From contig JAFZIN010000017.1 of assembly GCA_017554305.1 (NCBI GenBank), forward strand, positions 1,919 to 65,918: 64,000 nt of DNA, written 5' to 3'. The position numbers and the translations under genes were made by a program. Below are positions 19,127-27,428 of the stretch, one piece after another. Position 1 is the first letter of the stretch, and each line of letters opens with the position of its first letter. The DNA is from Bacteroidales bacterium (GTDB taxonomy: Bacteria; Bacteroidota; Bacteroidia; Bacteroidales; UBA932). Below the pieces are notes generated by a model. That model made no database searches. It saw nothing but the letters and a program-made list of their open reading frames with translations, and was not told the origin of the DNA.

Positions 19127-20584
19127 TTAGTTGGGGCGTTTGGGAACTCGCTTGGCAAGGCCTATGGCTCCGCTTGGGCAGACCAGACGGCAGAGGTGGC
19201 AGCCAACGCACTTCTTTCCAATGATATGCGGCTTGCGCTCAGTGTCAAACTCAATTGCCTGGTGTCCGCCGTCTCTGCAGGAGATGTAGCAGCGTCCGCA
19301 GCCAAGACACTTTTCTCTGTCTATAGTTGGCATTATAAAGGTTTCACGGTCCAGGAAATCCGGACGTACAAATGAAGGAAGTTCACTTCCAACTATTTCT
19401 GACAGATGTGCAATGTTGTTTTGCTGCATGTAGTTGGCCATACCATCTTTCAGATCATCTATGATTCTGTAGCCGTACTGCATAACTGCGGTACAGATCT
19501 GAGTGTTGGTGCAGCCCAACTGTAGGAACTCCAGAGCGTCTCTCCAGGTTTCAATACCTCCTATTCCGCTCACCTCAAATCCTTTCAGAAGAGGGTGCTT
19601 GGTAATATCCAACACGTGTCTTAGAGCTATTGGCTTAATGGCCTTGCCGGAGTAGCCGGAAGTTGTCTTCTTGCCGGAAACCGCTGAGCTGTTGCTCATT
19701 GTAATGGACTTTATGGTGTTGATTGCAGAGACTGCATCTGCACCGGAGAAGTAAGCCGCCTGAGCAGGGGTCATTATGTTGGTGATATTCGGAGTCATTT
19801 TTGGAATTACCGGAATCTTTACGGCCTGCTTAACATAGTGAGTATAAATGGTTACCAGCTCACTGTTCTGTCCTACGTCACTGCCCATTCCGGCATACTT
19901 CATCTGAGGGCAGGAGTAGTTAAGTTCAACCGCATCAACTCCGGCCGCCTCTGCCTTTTGTGCAAGTATTACCCACTCCTCTTCATTCTTTCCCATAATG
20001 GAAGCAATGACAACTTTGGTTGGATAGTTTTGCTTGAGTCTCTTAAGTATATCAAAATCAACCTCCGGCGGATTCTCTGAGAGCTGCTCCATATTACGGA
20101 AGCCCCAGAACTCTCCCTTTTCATCCTCCACGGAATCAAATCTTGGAGAGACCTCATTTATCTCCTCAAGGCAGATAGTCTTGTATACAACTCCTCCCCA
20201 TCCCATCTCAAAGGCATTTGCAACCATCTCATAATTAGTGCAAACGGCAGATGAGGCCAAGAAGAAAGGATTCTCACAGTGAATACCGCAGAAATCAATT
20301 GAGAGGTCTGCCTTAGGTTTTTCTTCCCTCTTTGCAACACGCTCTGCTACAGCCTTTATGCGGATAGGAAGATCATAGTGGATACATTTCTTTTCACAAG
20401 GTGCTTCACAGAGGCTGCAACCCTCATTTGAAAAGTACAATCCTGCACATTCCGTGTTGTCAAATTTAATTGCACGCAATCCGCGGGCCGGGTCTAATCC
20501 TTTGATACAAGCTTTAGTACAAGGGGCGTCATTGCAGAGAAGACATCTTGCCGCCTCTTCTTTGATTCTGATACTGTGTTCCAT
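19127..20584 (-). CDS. Dihydropyrimidine/dihydroorotate dehydrogenase-like flavoprotein with 4Fe-4S ferredoxin domains (PreA-like)
   Basis: N-terminal Cys clusters, a DHOD-like TIM barrel (VELNYSCPQ..., GGIETWRDALEF) and C-terminal CLGCGRCYISC / CVGCHLCRLVCP ferredoxin motifs. Start set at MEHSIRIKEE. The 20635 start would run into the divergent promoter. Confidence 0.8.
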   Translation of the reverse strand: MEHSIRIKEEAARCLLCNDAPCTKACIKGLDPARGLRAIKFDNTECAGLYFSNEGCSLCEAPCEKKCIHYDLPIRIKAVAERVAKREEKPKADLSIDFCGIHCENPFFLASSAVCTNYEMVANAFEMGWGGVVYKTICLEEINEVSPRFDSVEDEKGEFWGFRNMEQLSENPPEVDFDILKRLKQNYPTKVVIASIMGKNEEEWVILAQKAEAAGVDAVELNYSCPQMKYAGMGSDVGQNSELVTIYTHYVKQAVKIPVIPKMTPNITNIMTPAQAAYFSGADAVSAINTIKSITMSNSSAVSGKKTTSGYSGKAIKPIALRHVLDITKHPLLKGFEVSGIGGIETWRDALEFLQLGCTNTQICTAVMQYGYRIIDDLKDGMANYMQQNNIAHLSEIVGSELPSFVRPDFLDRETFIMPTIDREKCLGCGRCYISCRDGGHQAIEFDTERKPHIIGKKCVGCHLCRLVCPSGAIGLAKRVPKRPN

Positions 20585-20642
20585 TGGGTACTTATTTGTG
20601 GCTAGCGCCGTTACTTTCTGTTTGTAAAGATACAAAAATGAT

Positions 20643-20650
20643 TAACTTTG
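20643..20650 (+). promoter_or_regulatory. Bacteroidetes -7 promoter box TAacTTTG
   Basis: TAnnTTTG match 20 nt upstream of ATG 20670. It is the only such box I see before the five chained genes 20670..25664. Confidence 0.45.
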
Positions 20651-20669
20651 AAGTATAAACTAGAAAACG

Positions 20670-21734
20670 ATGTCCCATACCTATCATTTAGATCCTCACT
20701 GCCAGGCAATTCTGCAGGAATATAAAGACAACCGTCCCATTATAAAAGAGTATGAAGGAAAGGTTCTTGCCACTTTGAAACAGACATTGGAGGAGGCGGG
20801 AATACATCTGGCAAGTATAGAATCCAGGATTAAGACGGAAGATTCTCTTGCCGGAAAACTGGAACGTAAGGGCTTTAAATACAAGAGTCTGGCAGATATT
20901 ACAGACATTCTGGGAGTGCGTCTTATTACCTACTACATAGATGATGTAGACAAGGTTGCCACTGCCGTGGAGAGGATGTTTTCCGTAGATTGGGAAAACT
21001 CAATAGACAAGCGCAAAATACATGATATAGACAGCTTTGGATATGTTTCACTGCACTATGTCTGCTCTACGGAGGGCCTGCCGTACCGCTTTGAAATACA
21101 GATGCGTACCGTGCTTCAGCACGCCTGGGCAAATCTGGATCATGATACCGGTTACAAATCCGGCGTGGAGATTCCTAAAAGATATATGCGCTCTATGAGC
21201 CGCCTTGCGGGAATGCTGGAACTTATAGATGAGGAGTTTAGTAAGATACGCTCAGAAATTACAGACTATAGAAGAAAAATCCACAAGCTGGTTGCCTCCG
21301 GAAATCTGGATGAGGTTCCGCTGGACGGAGATTCTTTCCGCAGTTTTTTGGAACTGCAGCCGTTCAGGCAGTTGAACAAGAGGATTGCCTCCGTTAACCA
21401 GGCGGAGATTCAGGAGGTTTCCCTCATTCCTTACCTTACGGTATTCAAGGGACTTGAATGCAAAACTCTGGGTGATGTTCGCAACATTATAAATGATTGT
21501 TCTGAAGCTGCTTATCAGATTGCCTGCTACCAGATGGGACTTACAGATTTAGACATTGTTTCCTCTTCAATCGGCCCTCAGAATCTCTGTATAGCATACA
21601 TCCTAAAGAAGGGGTGGGGCAAGGGAGGCGTGCGCTATTTCTTTGATCTGCTTAACGGTAAGAAGGAGAGCAATGACACTGTTGCGGAGATGATTGTAGA
21701 ACAGGCAAAGGAACTTCCTTTTATGAACCAATAG
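20670..21734 (+). CDS. RelA/SpoT-domain small alarmone synthetase with ~170-aa C-terminal extension
   Basis: All synthetase motifs are intact: SRIKTEDSLAGKLERK, DITDILGVRLITYY, FGYVSLHYV, EIQMRTVLQHAWANLDHDTGYK. The C-terminal half (from ~aa 185) has no motif I recognise. Confidence 0.8.
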   Translation: MSHTYHLDPHCQAILQEYKDNRPIIKEYEGKVLATLKQTLEEAGIHLASIESRIKTEDSLAGKLERKGFKYKSLADITDILGVRLITYYIDDVDKVATAVERMFSVDWENSIDKRKIHDIDSFGYVSLHYVCSTEGLPYRFEIQMRTVLQHAWANLDHDTGYKSGVEIPKRYMRSMSRLAGMLELIDEEFSKIRSEITDYRRKIHKLVASGNLDEVPLDGDSFRSFLELQPFRQLNKRIASVNQAEIQEVSLIPYLTVFKGLECKTLGDVRNIINDCSEAAYQIACYQMGLTDLDIVSSSIGPQNLCIAYILKKGWGKGGVRYFFDLLNGKKESNDTVAEMIVEQAKELPFMNQ

Positions 21735-21737
21735 ACA

Positions 21738-22313
21738 ATGGCAAATAAACCGCTAGATACCAAACTTTTAGACAGGGCAATTCTGTTTGCCGTAAAGGCC
21801 CACTCCGGAACGGAGAGAAGAGGGAAGGGGTTCCCTTACATAGTTCATCCTATGGAGGCTATGGAGATTGTTGCCACTATGACTTCAGACCAGGAACTTC
21901 TGGCAGCGGCGGTATTGCATGATACAGTGGAAGATACGAGCGTTACAATTGAAGAGATAAAGCGGGAGTTTGGTGAGAGGATTGCAACTATCGTGGAAAA
22001 TGAAAGTGATAAAATAATAGAGAACAAAAGTGAGGAGGAGAGTTGGCACGAGCGCAAAAGAGCTGCTATTGAGAGGCTTGCAAAGGCACCGCATGATGCC
22101 AAGATAGTTGCTCTGGGAGACAAGCTGTCTAATATGAGAGCTATTTGGAGAGACTATAAAGTTAAGGGAGATGAGCTCTGGAAGATATTTCACGTTACGG
22201 AGAAGAAGGAGCACGAATGGCATTACAGAGGGCTTGCAGATTCTCTCAGAGAACTGCAGGACACGTTTGCTTTTAAGGAGTTCCAATCACTTATAAATGA
22301 GGTATTCAAATGA
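21738..22313 (+). CDS. HD-domain small alarmone hydrolase (SpoT/Mesh1-like)
   Basis: 191 aa. YIVHPMEAMEIV, AAVLHDTVEDT, ENESDKI and GDKLSNMR form the (p)ppGpp hydrolase HD pattern. Starts 3 nt after the synthetase stop. Confidence 0.8.
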   Translation: MANKPLDTKLLDRAILFAVKAHSGTERRGKGFPYIVHPMEAMEIVATMTSDQELLAAAVLHDTVEDTSVTIEEIKREFGERIATIVENESDKIIENKSEEESWHERKRAAIERLAKAPHDAKIVALGDKLSNMRAIWRDYKVKGDELWKIFHVTEKKEHEWHYRGLADSLRELQDTFAFKEFQSLINEVFK

Positions 22314-23143
22314 AACCAATAAAGATTTCCCTTTCAGATTATGTACTCACCGGCGGAGGCGCCAACGGGGAGAGTTATGACCACAAGACAGATCCGTCTG
22401 TGATGCTCAAACTCTACTTCCCCGGAAAGATTTCACAGCCTCTGGATGAGATGCAAATGGCCCGCAAGGTTTACAACCTGGGTATTCCAACTCCGGAGCC
22501 GGGAGACTATGTTGTAACTGAAGACGGACGCTACGGCATTCGCTTTAAGAAAATTATTGGCAAAAGTTCTTACTCCAGAGCCATTGGAGAGCACCCGGAG
22601 AAGATACCTCAGTATGCAAGGGAGTTTGCAGATATGTGCCTGAACCTCCATAAGATAGAGCTCAATCCTAAAGAGTTTGAGGATGTGAAAGAGCGCTACT
22701 ACCGCCTGCTGGAAGAGAACCCGTTCTTCTCTGTAGGGGAAAAGGATAAGCTGGGAAAATTCATTGCAGATGTGCCCGATGAAAACACCGCTCTGCACGG
22801 AGACCTTCAGTACAGCAATGCTATTTTTACTCCGCAAGGGGAGCGGTATTTCATAGACCTGGGAGATTTCTGCCGGGGCAACCGCCTCTTTGATATTGGA
22901 ATGGTTTACCTCTGCTGCTACCTCAGCAGTGAGGAGTTCATAGAAGAAACCTACCACATGCCAAAGCCTGTGGCAATGAAGTTCTGGGACACTTTTGCTC
23001 CATTGTACTTTGGAGAAGGCATTGATTTAAAGGAGATTGAAGAGACGGTTCTGCCATACGCCGGACTTAAGACGCTTCTTATTGAGAAGAACACTCAATG
23101 CCCAATGCCTGAATTCAGAGCAGCACTAAAATCTGTATTATGA
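22310..23143 (+). CDS. APH/choline-kinase-like phosphotransferase
   Basis: 277 aa. Catalytic loop HGDLQYSNAIF and metal-binding IDLGDF. ATGA start/stop overlap with the HD gene at 22310..22313. Confidence 0.7.
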   Translation: MKPIKISLSDYVLTGGGANGESYDHKTDPSVMLKLYFPGKISQPLDEMQMARKVYNLGIPTPEPGDYVVTEDGRYGIRFKKIIGKSSYSRAIGEHPEKIPQYAREFADMCLNLHKIELNPKEFEDVKERYYRLLEENPFFSVGEKDKLGKFIADVPDENTALHGDLQYSNAIFTPQGERYFIDLGDFCRGNRLFDIGMVYLCCYLSSEEFIEETYHMPKPVAMKFWDTFAPLYFGEGIDLKEIEETVLPYAGLKTLLIEKNTQCPMPEFRAALKSVL

Positions 23144-25332
23144 ATCTGAAAGAGCACACAAAAAAACTTGCGGAAAAAGAGGAGAAGAGACGTTCCAAGT
23201 GGACCGGCCTTCTTCTGATACTTATTGCCGTGGCTTTTCTGGAAGCCATCTCTGTAGTGCAGGCCTTTTATGCGCAAAAGGGAATTAGAAGTGAGGCTCA
23301 GACCAAGGCGGAAAGCCAGCTCAACTCAATTAAAAGCGGAATCTTAAATGTTGTAAATCAGGCAGAAAGCGCGGTTAGAAACAATGTCTGGCTGGCGCAA
23401 TGGTCTCTTATGGTCCCCGATAGTTTAGCAAACATCCCTAAACTGATTGTAAACAACAATCCAATAGTAGCCGGCTCTACAATTGCCATGGTTCCAAACT
23501 ATTACAAGAAGAGACCTCTTTACTCCCCATACACTGCAATAACAAACGGAGAGATTATTGAAACCTCCCTTGCAACAGAGGAGTATGACTATCCGTCTCA
23601 GGAGTGGTTTACAAAACCTATAGAACTGGATAGGGGCTATTGGTCTGAACCATACATAGATACGGGCGGCGGAGAGATTTTGATGACCACCTATTCCGTT
23701 CCTGTTAAAGACAACAAGGGACGCATTGCCGCAGTGCTTACCGCAGACATTGACCTTGAGTGGCTTAAGGCACTTGTAAATGATATACAGATTTACCCGG
23801 GAGCGTTCAGTACGGTTGTAAGCCGCACGGGCCGTCTTATGGTAAGCCCGGAGGACAGCCTTATAATGAACACTACCATAGACGAATACGCCTCCAAGGT
23901 AGAAGATACCGCCTCATTTAACGCTCTCAACAGGGCAATGCTCAGCAGAAAGAGCGGCAGCATTCGGGTAACTCAGAACGGAAAAAAGAACATGGTCTAT
24001 TATACCCCTATAGATAAGACCGGATGGGCCATGAACATCATAATACCGGAAAAAGAGATGTTTGCAGGCCTTAAGAAACTGAATAATCTCATTAGGCTGC
24101 TGCAACTCTTAGGCCTTCTTCTTATAGTTCTCATCTTCCGTTCCATAGCCAAAAGTCAGCTCAGGTTTAAGAGTATATCTGATAAGAAGGAGAAGATGGA
24201 AAATGAGCTCAAGATTGCAAGTGACATACAGATGTCTATGATTCCTAAGACTTTCCCGCCGTTCCCGGAAAGGGAAGACATAGATCTCTCCGCCGCCCTG
24301 GTTCCTGCAAAGGAGGTAAGCGGAGACCTGTATGACTTTTTTATCAGAGATGAAAAACTCTTTTTCTGCATAGGAGATGTTTCCGGAAAGGGAGTTCCCG
24401 CCTCTTTGCTTATGGCGGTTACAAGAAGCCTGTTCCGCAGTGTAGGTGCACATAACAACAACCCTAATGAGATTGTTTCCACTATGAACAACTCTCTCTC
24501 AGATATGAATGAGAGCAATATGTTTGTTACCTTCATCTGCTGTGTGTTAGACCTTAAGACGGGAAAGATGCAGTACAGCAACGCAGGTCACAACGCTCCT
24601 CTGCTGTTTACGGACAGGATGAGCGAACTGCCTGTAAATCCAAATCTTCCGCTGGGCGTAATACGCAACTGGGAATACTCCGTTCAGGAGGTAACTCTCC
24701 GTTATGATGATGCTATCTTCCTCTATACAGACGGTATAACGGAGGCGGAAAACATTAACCATGAACTCTTTGGAATTGAGAGGCTTAAAAAGACGCTCTC
24801 CGGAAAGAAGGCGGCTCAGGCTCATCTGAACAATGTAAAGAAGGCGGTTGCAGAATTTGTGGGAGAGGCCCCGCAAAGTGATGATCTTACCATGCTCTTC
24901 TTCCACTTTCTGAACGCTTCTGCTAAGGGCGGAGGTGAGCAAAGCATAACATTGGAAAACAATGTAAACGAGATTCGTAAACTTGAAAAGTTTATAAGTG
25001 AAGTTGCTCAGCAGATGCAACTTGCAGAGTCTGTAAAAACGAGCTTGAATCTTGCAATGGAAGAGGCTGTCTCCAATGCTATTTTGTATTCCGGTTCAAA
25101 AACCGTAGAGGTTGCCGCCCAAACAGGCAAGGATGAAATTACCTTTACCATAACAGACAGCGGCAAACCGTTTGACCCAACCGCCGTTCCGGAAGCCGAT
25201 GTAAACCAGGATGCTGCAGAGCGTCCTATAGGAGGATTAGGCATATTCCTTTACAGGAAGATTATGGACAGCGTTACCTACAAACGCCTAAATGACAAGA
25301 ATATACTCACTCTTACAAAGAGACTCAACTAA
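23140..25332 (+). CDS. Sensor protein: Cache-like periplasmic domain, SpoIIE/PP2C phosphatase and RsbW-like HATPase kinase domain
   Basis: 730 aa. Two TM helices flank a ~280-aa Cache-like region. PP2C motifs GDVSGKGVPASLLMA, TDGITEA, DDLTML. C-terminal N-box EEAVSNAILY, G1 DSGKPFD, G2 GGLGIFL. ATGA overlap with the upstream gene at 23140..23143. Confidence 0.85.
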   Translation: MNLKEHTKKLAEKEEKRRSKWTGLLLILIAVAFLEAISVVQAFYAQKGIRSEAQTKAESQLNSIKSGILNVVNQAESAVRNNVWLAQWSLMVPDSLANIPKLIVNNNPIVAGSTIAMVPNYYKKRPLYSPYTAITNGEIIETSLATEEYDYPSQEWFTKPIELDRGYWSEPYIDTGGGEILMTTYSVPVKDNKGRIAAVLTADIDLEWLKALVNDIQIYPGAFSTVVSRTGRLMVSPEDSLIMNTTIDEYASKVEDTASFNALNRAMLSRKSGSIRVTQNGKKNMVYYTPIDKTGWAMNIIIPEKEMFAGLKKLNNLIRLLQLLGLLLIVLIFRSIAKSQLRFKSISDKKEKMENELKIASDIQMSMIPKTFPPFPEREDIDLSAALVPAKEVSGDLYDFFIRDEKLFFCIGDVSGKGVPASLLMAVTRSLFRSVGAHNNNPNEIVSTMNNSLSDMNESNMFVTFICCVLDLKTGKMQYSNAGHNAPLLFTDRMSELPVNPNLPLGVIRNWEYSVQEVTLRYDDAIFLYTDGITEAENINHELFGIERLKKTLSGKKAAQAHLNNVKKAVAEFVGEAPQSDDLTMLFFHFLNASAKGGGEQSITLENNVNEIRKLEKFISEVAQQMQLAESVKTSLNLAMEEAVSNAILYSGSKTVEVAAQTGKDEITFTITDSGKPFDPTAVPEADVNQDAAERPIGGLGIFLYRKIMDSVTYKRLNDKNILTLTKRLN

Positions 25333-25361
25333 CAGATAATAAGAATAAAACAGTATAAAAA

Positions 25362-25664
25362 ATGAAAACAAAAGTCACAAAAGAAGAGGGGAAGATTACC
25401 ATAGCCTTTATAGGCCGTTTAGACACCCCTGCTGCTCAGGAAGTTAATCCTGTAATTAACGAGCTTATGGAAGAGGCAGATAAGACCATCATTATAGACT
25501 GCAAAGAGATGGCCTACATCTCCAGTTCCGGACTTAGAATATTCCTTACCCTCAGAAAGGCCGCAGAAGACAAGAAAGGCAAGGTAATCATTGAGAACAT
25601 CAATGATGAAATCCGCAGCGTCTTTATGATGACCGGCTTCCTGAATCTCTTTGAAATCAGATAA
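25362..25664 (+). CDS. STAS-domain anti-sigma-factor antagonist
   Basis: 100 aa. FIGRLDTPAAQEV...IIDCKEMAYISSSGLRIFL carries the conserved phosphorylatable Ser context. Confidence 0.9.
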   Translation: MKTKVTKEEGKITIAFIGRLDTPAAQEVNPVINELMEEADKTIIIDCKEMAYISSSGLRIFLTLRKAAEDKKGKVIIENINDEIRSVFMMTGFLNLFEIR

Positions 25665-25673
25665 CTGCTTTTC

Positions 25674-25728
25674 GGGTTGGATTTTGTCAAAAATCCCCAT
25701 GTTTTAGGGTTGGATTTTGTCAAAAATC
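25674..25728. repeat. Two copies of a 22-bp motif GGGTTGGATTTTGTCAAAAATC (25674..25695 and 25707..25728)
   Basis: Perfect 22/22 direct repeat, start-to-start spacing 33 bp. Each copy contains the imperfect palindrome GGATTTT-GTC-AAAAATC. Located between the STAS stop and the -7 box of the next gene. Confidence 0.9.
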
Positions 25729-25730
25729 AC

Positions 25731-25738
25731 TACATTTG
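25731..25738 (+). promoter_or_regulatory. Bacteroidetes -7 promoter box TAcaTTTG
   Basis: TAnnTTTG match 22 nt upstream of ATG 25760, immediately after the second 22-bp repeat. Confidence 0.45.
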
Positions 25739-25759
25739 TACTAAAAGAACAACCGAGAT

Positions 25760-27124
25760 ATGGCATACTATACTAGAAAAATAGACGAAAGGCTCCTCAC
25801 TTGGAGAAATGATCCTAAACACAAACCGCTCCTTGTTCGTGGTGCTAGACAGGTAGGGAAGTCCACTGCCGTTCGAAAGTTAGGTGAAACTTTCAGGTAC
25901 TTTGTTGAGATTAATCTTGAGAAACAGCCCAGCCTCAAGACACTGTTTCCGGAGAATATTGATGTCAAGAAGACGTGTAGTGACCTAAGTGCAACCGTGG
26001 GCATTCCTATTATACCGGGAGAAACGCTGCTATTTATTGACGAAATCCAGGATTGCATACCGGCCATTATGTCACTTCGTTATTTCAAGGAAGATTATCC
26101 TGAACTTCATGTAATTGCCGCAGGATCTTTGTTGGAATTCGCTTTGGAGGAAATACCGTCATTCGCCGTAGGAAGAATCCGCTCCTTGTATATGTATCCT
26201 TTCTCGTTTGAGGAGTTTATGAGTGCTCAGGGGTTGGATTTGCAACTGGATGCCGTCCGGAGAGCATCACCCAATCAACCGCTTTTTGAACCACTCCATA
26301 AACAACTGACCAATCAGGTTCGTAGTTTTATGCTGGTCGGCGGCATGCCTGAAGCAGTTTCCACTTGGGTGGAAACACACGACTATCTTGCATGTGCACG
26401 TGTCCACAATGACATTATGGATACATACCAGGATGACTTCTACAAGTACAAGAAGCGCATCTCACCAGAGCTTCTGACCAAAGTACTACGCTCGGTTGCC
26501 CGACAGTGCGGCACAAAATTCATCTATAATCGAGCCGATGAAGAAAGCCGCAACGAAAAGGTAAAGCAGGCCCTCCATAAACTTTCTCTTGCCGGTTTGG
26601 TGACACCTGTGACACATACCACAGCAGACGGAATACCTCTTGGCGCGCAGGTAAATGAACGAAGCATCAAATATCTCTTTCTGGATACAGGCCTTCTTCT
26701 TACTTGGCAAGGTATCCCAGCCAGCGATATCCTCTTGTCATCAGATATAGACCTCGTAAACAAAGGACTGGTAGCCGAAGTTTTAGCCGGACTTGAAATG
26801 ATAAAAAACAAAGATTGCTTCCAACGCGCTGAGATGTTTTACTGGCAGCATGAAAGTAAGAATGGCAATGCTGAAGTAGATTATCTGGGAGTCTATGGCG
26901 GCATCGTACTTCCAATAGAGGTGAAGGCAAGCACCAAGGGCACGATGCAAAGTCTCTATCTGTTCATGCACAAAAAACGCCTTCATGCCGCAGTCAGAAC
27001 ATCTCTAGAGAACTTTGGGGCCTATGACTATATTGATCCGCAACCCGAAAAAGACGATATAAGCTCCATCAGGCATATCGACGTCTACCCTTTATACGCA
27101 CTAAGCAACCTTTTTAGGAACTAG
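25760..27124 (+). CDS. AAA+ ATPase with C-terminal PD-(D/E)xK-like module (AAA_14/DUF4143-type)
   Basis: Walker A GARQVGKST, Walker B LLFIDEIQ. C-terminal NAEVDYLGVYGGIVLPIEVKAS gives a D...E-x-K nuclease-like motif. Confidence 0.8.
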   Translation: MAYYTRKIDERLLTWRNDPKHKPLLVRGARQVGKSTAVRKLGETFRYFVEINLEKQPSLKTLFPENIDVKKTCSDLSATVGIPIIPGETLLFIDEIQDCIPAIMSLRYFKEDYPELHVIAAGSLLEFALEEIPSFAVGRIRSLYMYPFSFEEFMSAQGLDLQLDAVRRASPNQPLFEPLHKQLTNQVRSFMLVGGMPEAVSTWVETHDYLACARVHNDIMDTYQDDFYKYKKRISPELLTKVLRSVARQCGTKFIYNRADEESRNEKVKQALHKLSLAGLVTPVTHTTADGIPLGAQVNERSIKYLFLDTGLLLTWQGIPASDILLSSDIDLVNKGLVAEVLAGLEMIKNKDCFQRAEMFYWQHESKNGNAEVDYLGVYGGIVLPIEVKASTKGTMQSLYLFMHKKRLHAAVRTSLENFGAYDYIDPQPEKDDISSIRHIDVYPLYALSNLFRN

Positions 27125-27305
27125 ATACCTAAAATATTCCAGTGTTCTCTATTTCAAATCTATTTGCAAGATAGGTTAATAATGAACCCATTAATTACTT
27201 AATAATGTTTGAATCCTAATTTATTTTAACTACATTCGTATTGTAATACACCGCATTATGGCACCTCAAAGTCATATAACTGCATCATCTTTTATTCCGT
27301 CTAAT

Positions 27306-27314
27306 GGGGGGGGG
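27306..27314. repeat. G9 homopolymer
   Basis: ctaatGGGGGGGGGtaatc. Nine consecutive G in an otherwise AT-rich 304-nt intergenic region, 115 nt upstream of ATG 27429. Confidence 0.95.
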
Positions 27315-27353
27315 TAATCAACTAATAGTTAATAACTTACATAAATATTCAAC

Positions 27354-27388
27354 AGCACGTTGCGCATGTAAGCATCGTGCTTTTTTTT
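27354..27388 (+). terminator. Rho-independent terminator-like hairpin plus T8 in an intergenic leader
   Basis: agcacg-t-tgc[gcatgtaa]gca-t-cgtgct followed by tttttttt. It lies 230 nt after the ATPase stop and 41 nt before ATG 27429. Confidence 0.65.
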
Positions 27389-27428
27389 ATATGAGCCTGT
27401 CAAATTTTAAAAGCAAATAACTCATACA

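Noticed and set aside
25674-25728. Possible mini-CRISPR or tRNA-derived att site
   Set aside because: There are only two copies with an 11-bp spacer, no cas genes, and no tRNA-like structure. It is kept as a regulatory or junction repeat instead.
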